The translations under genes were made by a program, and so were the position numbers. Below, one piece after another: positions 57,953-64,000 of a stretch of DNA of 64,000 nt (position 1 is the stretch's first letter; each line of letters begins with the position of its first letter). Location: positions 8,472-72,471 of IMG/VR virus record IMGVR_UViG_3300025674_007777; one strand, 5' to 3'. The notes below the pieces were generated by a model. The model did not search any database and was not told the origin of the DNA. It worked only from the letters and a program-made list of their open reading frames with translations. Source of the DNA: a virus.

Positions 57953-60109
57953 TTATTCTGGAAACTCTGCTCCGGTTGGTAATATGTTGAAGTCAATTAT
58001 AATGAATTCCGCAGTCTTAGCAGGCTGAAGGAATATCTGACCTCTCATTTCGTTACGATCAACTACATCTGGACCGTTATTCGATTCGTCCATTACAACT
58101 CGGAATGCATATAAACCTTGACGCTGTTGCACATCTTCGAAGTATGGATTTGCAATACCTAAGAATCTGTTACGAGTCGCTGCCGTATTTTGTTCAAATA
58201 CTAAGAACTTGGTAGTCGATGCGATGAACTTCTTAGCTGCGATTAACAATCTTCTCACATTCACTCTGTCTAGAGCTGATGCTTTCTTCTGCAACGTCTT
58301 CTGGCCAAATACTGTTACTCCCGTATTAGGGAAGGTTGCGATTGGATTAACTGATGCATCATACAATGTATCTCTGTTTGCTTTAGTCAATTTACGCTCA
58401 GTTAAAACAGCAATGTCAATTCCACCTCTGTTCAAACCTGCAGGAGCAAACCATGGGGCTGCAACTCTGTCATTGAATGCATATACTGATGGAATCAATG
58501 TGGAAGCTGGTACCCAAACGTTTCTACCAAGATCGATGTCTGGAATTTTTACCCATGGCCAATAAACTGAAGCATAATTTGTATCACGAGCTTCTGCTTT
58601 TGCAGTGGCCGATGATATACTTGCCCCATATTCTACTGGATCATATACTAGGAATGCATCTGCTCTGCTTTCACACATGTTGAGTGCTTCTGTAAGAACT
58701 TCAGCGTGATTAGTGAAGTTATCTACTAGTCCAGGTAAAGTTATAAGATTGATATCATATTCATCTTGATTTTTCAATAATCTGATAGCATCTATATATG
58801 ATGTCTTACCTTGACTGCCAACACCTAAATTGAATCCTTGAGTATTTGTGTTACTGATAGCATCATAAAATGCTCTTGGATGTTGTACATTACCATCCGA
58901 TCCTCCTGAGAATGATCCTGAACCTGCTTGAGGTAATGAAGATGATAAGTTAGCATCTCTCAGATCACCATTGGCATCTAGATAATTGTATGTCGTGGAT
59001 TGTACTTCTACTCTCACGTATCTGGAACGATTCGGGAAAGATCCTGACAACTGAAGGAATGGGTCTGTACCACCAGCATCTCTTAGTGTCTGTACCTGAT
59101 CTCCAATTGCTCTGGCAATGTAATTTGGAGTGGTAGGATCTAATGTAAGATTATTATATTGTTCCAATATAGTCTTTCTACGATTAGTATCATCACCTCT
59201 TCTAATTAGTAATGTGAATGTACCTTTGGCATTGTTCACATTTGATACTTCCCATCTGATGTTGTTTCTGGAACCTGATGGTAATAAACCATTTGCCCCT
59301 TCTGTGGAGACGCTGTTCTGATCTTCACCGTCAGCCAATGTATATAATTTGAATGCCTGAGCTGGATTTCCTATAGCAGCTGTCCCTCCTCCTAGGAATT
59401 GATTACCACTTCCGGTAGGAGCTACTTCAGCTATCATATTAAAGAATGAGCCGGTAGCAAATGCATATGAATTACCTACTGTACCCGCCTGTACTGCTGT
59501 CAATGTCAAATCTGTACCATCTGTGGATGCAGAAAAGTATGCAGAAGCACTGTTATTGATAAACTTAACTAGTTCAGAAAATTTACCATTAGTGTCATGA
59601 TATAAAAAGTTATTAACTCCTGGACGGCCTCCGTTAGCAGACGCAGTTGTAAAATAATAATTAAGATCATCTGTAACTCTTAATCTGATCGTATCAATTT
59701 CCTCATCACCATCAGTGAAATCTCTCGGTTCTATTAATGGAGTGAATGATCCTGACGCTGCACGAGCTGCAGTCGGAGTACCAGATGATGATACTTGAGC
59801 CGAAGCTGGACCATAATCACCTGCCAAAATTCTCACAACTGTTAATGTGTCAGCATACTTCAGATATTCCTGAACTGAATAATTTGTTAAATACTTGTAA
59901 GAATCTTCAGATGCGCCAGAACCTGATGAAAAGTCTCCACCAAATTTTGCTAAATACTCTGAATATGATGATACTCTGGTTGGTACCAGAGCCGGCCCTT
60001 TCTGTGTAGGACCTACAACTGCTGCACCAATAGCTTGAACTGCCGCTGGTAAGAACGACTGATCAATTTCATTGGTAAAAACACCGGGTGATATAATCTT
60101 TTCGGCCAT
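57953..60109 (-). CDS. Tail sheath protein (gp18-like)
   Basis: SPGVFTNEID, YWPW, WFAPAGLNRG, GQKTL, RVNVRRL, FEQN, EFIIIDF. Confidence 0.95.
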   Translation of the reverse strand: MAEKIISPGVFTNEIDQSFLPAAVQAIGAAVVGPTQKGPALVPTRVSSYSEYLAKFGGDFSSGSGASEDSYKYLTNYSVQEYLKYADTLTVVRILAGDYGPASAQVSSSGTPTAARAASGSFTPLIEPRDFTDGDEEIDTIRLRVTDDLNYYFTTASANGGRPGVNNFLYHDTNGKFSELVKFINNSASAYFSASTDGTDLTLTAVQAGTVGNSYAFATGSFFNMIAEVAPTGSGNQFLGGGTAAIGNPAQAFKLYTLADGEDQNSVSTEGANGLLPSGSRNNIRWEVSNVNNAKGTFTLLIRRGDDTNRRKTILEQYNNLTLDPTTPNYIARAIGDQVQTLRDAGGTDPFLQLSGSFPNRSRYVRVEVQSTTYNYLDANGDLRDANLSSSLPQAGSGSFSGGSDGNVQHPRAFYDAISNTNTQGFNLGVGSQGKTSYIDAIRLLKNQDEYDINLITLPGLVDNFTNHAEVLTEALNMCESRADAFLVYDPVEYGASISSATAKAEARDTNYASVYWPWVKIPDIDLGRNVWVPASTLIPSVYAFNDRVAAPWFAPAGLNRGGIDIAVLTERKLTKANRDTLYDASVNPIATFPNTGVTVFGQKTLQKKASALDRVNVRRLLIAAKKFIASTTKFLVFEQNTAATRNRFLGIANPYFEDVQQRQGLYAFRVVMDESNNGPDVVDRNEMRGQIFLQPAKTAEFIIIDFNILPTGAEFPE

Positions 60110-60135
60110 TTATATATTCCTTTGATTTATTTTTT

Positions 60136-60144
60136 TATAAATAT
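60136..60144 (-). promoter_or_regulatory. Putative late promoter ATATTTATA
   Basis: 26 nt before the sheath ATG. Confidence 0.6.
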
Positions 60145-60163
60145 CGACCGAAACTCCCAAACC

Positions 60164-60439
60164 TTATTCAACAGGCTTAAATTCACCATTTGATAGATCG
60201 ACTGTTCCGGTACCATATTTTTCATTGAGCTGTTTTACTAATTCTTGTTCTTTTTCTAACAATTCCTGATATTCTTTGTTGAGGCGTTCTTCTTCAATAG
60301 CAATTGATTCTAATCTGTCTCTGGTAGTTTTGTGTTCCAAATAAACATATCCAAATTCAGTTACTTTACGATCGAATCCTTCTCTGATTTCCTGAATGTT
60401 TTTGATTTCTTCTTCTGTAAATTTTATTGTGTCTGCCAT
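60164..60439 (-). CDS. Coiled-coil hypothetical protein
   Basis: L.EKYG.G.VDL..GEF C-terminus; late-type motif at 60453-60461. Confidence 0.7.
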   Translation of the reverse strand: MADTIKFTEEEIKNIQEIREGFDRKVTEFGYVYLEHKTTRDRLESIAIEEERLNKEYQELLEKEQELVKQLNEKYGTGTVDLSNGEFKPVE

Positions 60440-60464
60440 AACCTAATTTTCATATAAATATGTA

Positions 60465-61265
60465 TCACAAGTTAATAAAACCAGTTTCTATATCGTCGCC
60501 CTCTGTGAACTTAACTGTCTTTATTGAATATCTTTTTTGCACATTGCTAGTTCTGAGTTCAAATGGCATTAACAATGTACCTTTGGTAGTAAACGGTATT
60601 CTCGCACGTACCAATCTATCATCAGTCCCTGTATTAGTAACCTCAAAAGAATAATCGCCTATGAACACTGGAAATTTGTATGTTGTACCCCACGCAAAGC
60701 CATTAAGAGGCATTATCTGTTCAATCAATGAATTCATTTGTGTTGTATATGTAGTCCATAACACCATTTCATATGACACATCTATGAACTCTGGAACAGG
60801 TACTACATAATACTCACTGAGAGGTTGTTTATTAGTTTGTGTCGAAAATCTATCATATCTATTTACATTGGTATATTTAGTTCTGAACACAAAATCGTTA
60901 CCTTCAGGATTCTGATTCACACCTAATGTCTTCAATGTATCACGTTCAGTTATACTACTACGTGTCAACGTGATCAAAGGTGTCATGATTTTACCGTTGG
61001 CATCTCGCATGAATCCTTTGGTTTGCACCTGAGCAAATGTTTCTCCGTTTGCATACATGATTGGCACATCTATTATTGATTCATTTTCTAACACCGTCGG
61101 ATGTATCACATCACGCATGTAACTCATCATGGCAAAATCAATATCCTCAATAGTAATCTTAGGTGTTTTTACAGTGTCATCATCTCGACGAATCTGGTCA
61201 ACTCTGCGTTGAATTGGATTATCAGTGAATGTTGATATGCTTTTGCGTAGTTCTTTTTTAGCCAT
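60465..61265 (-). CDS. Putative tail terminator / sheath stabiliser (gp15-like)
   Basis: VPIMYA, PLITL.R, P...DVSYE..LWT....MN.LIEQI; sits between neck and sheath genes. Confidence 0.6.
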   Translation of the reverse strand: MAKKELRKSISTFTDNPIQRRVDQIRRDDDTVKTPKITIEDIDFAMMSYMRDVIHPTVLENESIIDVPIMYANGETFAQVQTKGFMRDANGKIMTPLITLTRSSITERDTLKTLGVNQNPEGNDFVFRTKYTNVNRYDRFSTQTNKQPLSEYYVVPVPEFIDVSYEMVLWTTYTTQMNSLIEQIMPLNGFAWGTTYKFPVFIGDYSFEVTNTGTDDRLVRARIPFTTKGTLLMPFELRTSNVQKRYSIKTVKFTEGDDIETGFINL

Positions 61266-61801
61266 TATAAATTCCTTGGTATATCAGAAGATCGATTTAT
61301 ACCCGATCTAACTTCCTGTATGTTTAATCTATTTCGTCTCACAACATGTGCAGTTGCTATAACAGCTATTGATTTACCAAATTCTCCTCTTTGATTACGT
61401 ACATAACCTAAATCGGTACTTGGATTTCGGCCACCAAAATATTGAGAAGAACTGACACCATTCACTTCATAAAATTCATTATCATACTCTATGATATCAC
61501 CTTCTTCAACTATGATGTTTTTATCTACAAGGTCATCTCGATAAAATGCAAATTCTCCAGATCTAGTCTGATCATAACCTACTTCATCAGCGACATATGA
61601 TTTATCATCTTTGCGTATAAGACAATTAATAGCTAGTCGCTGAAAATATATTTTATTTTCGGTCTCATCATAAATGTTAACTCTGCTATCATGAGGACTT
61701 AGTTTATAAAAACCTATCTCCATGTCAATAAGTTCATTGATGAGTTCCCTGTTCAGGTGCCGTACCAAAGATGCATCTCGAGCAGATCCAAATAATGCCA
61801 T
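61265..61801 (-). CDS. Neck protein (gp14-like)
   Basis: NIYDE, EEGDII.Y...FYEV; gene position. Confidence 0.65.
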   Translation of the reverse strand: MALFGSARDASLVRHLNRELINELIDMEIGFYKLSPHDSRVNIYDETENKIYFQRLAINCLIRKDDKSYVADEVGYDQTRSGEFAFYRDDLVDKNIIVEEGDIIEYDNEFYEVNGVSSSQYFGGRNPSTDLGYVRNQRGEFGKSIAVIATAHVVRRNRLNIQEVRSGINRSSDIPRNL

Positions 61802-61804
61802 GCT

Positions 61805-63016
61805 TTATCCTATGTAAATTTTTAAAGGTATTGCATTGAATTGAGACGACAGTGCCGACGCTTCCGCTGCTTTTCGTTCCAATTGAGCCTGACGTGATAA
61901 ACTATCTAACATCTGTGTCAATTCGTTTATCAGCGAATCTTTTTCAGACTGGCCTTGTGACAGAAGGTCTGCTCCATTCAAAGTAATATCTGCATTTGGA
62001 ATTGGTATGCTACTATACTTACCTCTGATAAAACCTAACATTTCTTTTGCACATGCCAATGTATATCGACGAATCCATTGTTTGCTAATGTCATTCAGAT
62101 CTGCATATGTCACATTGTCATACGGAATGTTAGATAGATCTGATACTGCATTACCTCCGCCTCCACTATTTCCTCCGCTAGCACCGCCGGCTGTTGGGTT
62201 GTTCAATGGATTATTAATTTCTGATTTTAGATAATAGTCAAAATGAACTTTTGTGAAGTTGCTGCCATTTGGTATAGGGAAGAATCTGATTCTGTTACCG
62301 CTGAGCTCAAAACTGAAAGCTGATTTTCTAATCTGATCATTGAATTCAATGGCTTGTAATCTGAGCACATCATAATAGATAGGCATCATCATGAATGATA
62401 CGCCAGGTGAATAATTTCCATATCCAAATTCTGCTAACAATTGCTGTGATCCTAAGCCAGTTCCTATGAATGGATCAAAGTATCTCACAATGGCAGGTGG
62501 CGCTTCATGATATATACGTCGTATTTCAATGGCATCAACACCTGGTGAGCCGCTCTCAAATGAAACCAGATTGGAATCTGTGAGATCATATATCTGTTGA
62601 CCTGATTGTATTGTTATGGAACCTGTATAATATGTGTAATTTCCTCCTAAACCTGCTGCCTGACCATATGCCTGTCCCAGATCCGTTAATGCGGTCATTG
62701 TAGGCTGAATTGCCTGGCCTGTAAGTGAGCCGCCGGTAGTACTTGAACCATACACATTGATCATGTTGTCACGGGCATTGTACATGTTGACCTGAGTACC
62801 ATATTCTGATACTGCTTCCTCAAACGCAGCATAAAAATTAATGTCTTGCAATTCCACATCAACAATTGGATATCCTAAACGCTTTGCACACCAATCAGCT
62901 ACCTGATCAGCTTCTGCTGCGAAATCCACATCAGTGTCATAGAATGCAAAAGGTGTTTGTCCAGATCCTGGGAAGAAGGATGATGATCCTGGCCATATAG
63001 GAATGTTAACTGCCAT
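61805..63016 (-). CDS. Neck protein (gp13-like)
   Basis: RLGYPIVDVEL, WIRRYTLA.AKEMLG.IRGKY, ITLNG. Confidence 0.8.
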   Translation of the reverse strand: MAVNIPIWPGSSSFFPGSGQTPFAFYDTDVDFAAEADQVADWCAKRLGYPIVDVELQDINFYAAFEEAVSEYGTQVNMYNARDNMINVYGSSTTGGSLTGQAIQPTMTALTDLGQAYGQAAGLGGNYTYYTGSITIQSGQQIYDLTDSNLVSFESGSPGVDAIEIRRIYHEAPPAIVRYFDPFIGTGLGSQQLLAEFGYGNYSPGVSFMMMPIYYDVLRLQAIEFNDQIRKSAFSFELSGNRIRFFPIPNGSNFTKVHFDYYLKSEINNPLNNPTAGGASGGNSGGGGNAVSDLSNIPYDNVTYADLNDISKQWIRRYTLACAKEMLGFIRGKYSSIPIPNADITLNGADLLSQGQSEKDSLINELTQMLDSLSRQAQLERKAAEASALSSQFNAIPLKIYIG

Positions 63017-63033
63017 AGTCTATGAGATTTTAT

Positions 63034-63042
63034 TATAAATAT
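63034..63042 (-). promoter_or_regulatory. Putative late promoter ATATTTATA
   Basis: 17 nt before the neck ATG. Confidence 0.6.
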
Positions 63043-63106
63043 GGCAGATGTAGTTTAATCTAGGTTATTAACTCGGTACATAATATTATAACTCAAATAT
63101 ACAATT

Positions 63107-63394
63107 TTATCTAGCTAAATCTTCGCTTTCTTCATTACCAACATCAAATCCAGCTGCTATAGCTTCAGCTTCAGTGTAAGAAGTTACTCCATCAAATACC
63201 GAACCAGTTATAAATGATTGAATTTCATCTTGATATTGAACAACACATCTTGGATCTGTGCTTCCTGTATGAGGGAATACACTATAGGCATACAAAGTTG
63301 TTCTTTGGTCTCTCGGAGGAGCGTTTAGGTCATAAACATCTGCTGATGCTGTTAAGGCTGAACCTGAGTTTGGATATTCGTAATATAAATGCAT
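63107..63394 (-). CDS. Hypothetical virion-associated protein
   Basis: 95 aa, coupled to the upstream gene. Confidence 0.6.
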   Translation of the reverse strand: MHLYYEYPNSGSALTASADVYDLNAPPRDQRTTLYAYSVFPHTGSTDPRCVVQYQDEIQSFITGSVFDGVTSYTEAEAIAAGFDVGNEESEDLAR

Positions 63395-63999
63395 TATGGA
63401 TAAATTGAATAGTATGTGTTAATGTCTGTAGATATAGCTGTTGCATCAGAAGACTTATCTGCAGAAAAGAATATCATCTCTTGCATTAGAGCAATGATAC
63501 CACCTCCTGAGGTTGGGTAACCCATAAGTGCCTCAACACTTAATGTATTTGCCGTACCACTTGCATCTGTTGAACCATTAATTATACTTGTTACAGTTCC
63601 ACTCAATGATTTAACCTCACTTAATACATAATCAGTTCTAATATTAGTAACACCATCTATACGTGGATTGACTCCATCCTCATAATCAATTCTAAATCCA
63701 TCAAGTTTCAATGCTTTAGTTGCTGATTCTGCATAATAGGCTCTTCCCCCACCAGCAGCAGGTTGTTGAAAGACAATGAAGTTATGCACTGCATTAATTG
63801 CAGAAACATCTAAAAACTGATTACTTGGATTACCTATGGTTGCATCTTGAACAACAGCAGGAATTCCTCCATATGTTCTGATAGTACCACTTGCTACAAT
63901 ATGGGGTTGTAAACTACTATTTGTCTGAACACCGTCATTTGAGTTTCCACTTTGATCATACCACTTAGCTATAAGACCATTATTACCACCGACAAAGGT
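63394..63999 (-). CDS. Partial lectin/LamG-like virion protein (start beyond the right edge)
   Basis: Frame open to the edge: TFVGGNNGLIAKWYDQSGNSNDGVQ...QEMIFFSAD...INTYYSIY. Confidence 0.7.
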   Translation of the reverse strand, partial: TFVGGNNGLIAKWYDQSGNSNDGVQTNSSLQPHIVASGTIRTYGGIPAVVQDATIGNPSNQFLDVSAINAVHNFIVFQQPAAGGGRAYYAESATKALKLDGFRIDYEDGVNPRIDGVTNIRTDYVLSEVKSLSGTVTSIINGSTDASGTANTLSVEALMGYPTSGGGIIALMQEMIFFSADKSSDATAISTDINTYYSIYP

Positions 64000-64000
64000 A

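Noticed and set aside
818-63408. All plus-strand ORFs and short nested minus-strand ORFs in the track
   Set aside because: They lie inside well-supported minus-strand genes and show no recognisable motifs; treated as shadow ORFs.
1-64000. Alternative genetic code, introns, inteins, tRNAs
   Set aside because: Conserved genes are intact and of normal length under the standard code; no intein or homing motifs or cloverleafs were noticed by eye.

Overview
64 kb segment of a large lytic myovirus (distant T4-like tail and replication modules); every credible gene is on the minus strand. In transcription order (right to left): neck, sheath, tube, tail assembly chaperone, tape measure and baseplate genes (64000-48282); a replication and nucleotide block (PolA-like, SSB, RecA, 5'-3' exonuclease, DnaB-like helicase, class II RNR, PolB, clamp, clamp loader, dUTPase, Cas4-like nuclease) that interleaves a 7-deazaguanine DNA-modification set (queD, queE, folE, a purine PRTase, a glycosyltransferase and dpdA; no queC in the window); a ~16 kb glycan cluster (24150-8305) with NeuB, NeuA, a HAD phosphatase, two Maf/sialyltransferase-like genes, about seven other glycosyltransferases, three Fe(II)/2OG oxygenases, two methyltransferases and a pyruvyltransferase; then a tail-fibre-like gene and small genes including a superoxide dismutase. 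Two promoter classes can be read directly: a bipartite TT(T/A)G-N19/20-TATATT(T/A)A motif resembling the Bacteroidota -33/-7 promoter before replication genes, and ATATTTAT(A/T) before structural genes and the glycan cluster. The best candidate for an undescribed system is late-expressed nonulosonic-acid glycosylation of the virion, paired with a [S/T]-[G/A/S]-S motif concentrated in surface-exposed virion proteins. All product calls come from motif recognition by eye; no database search was run and all counts are hand counts.
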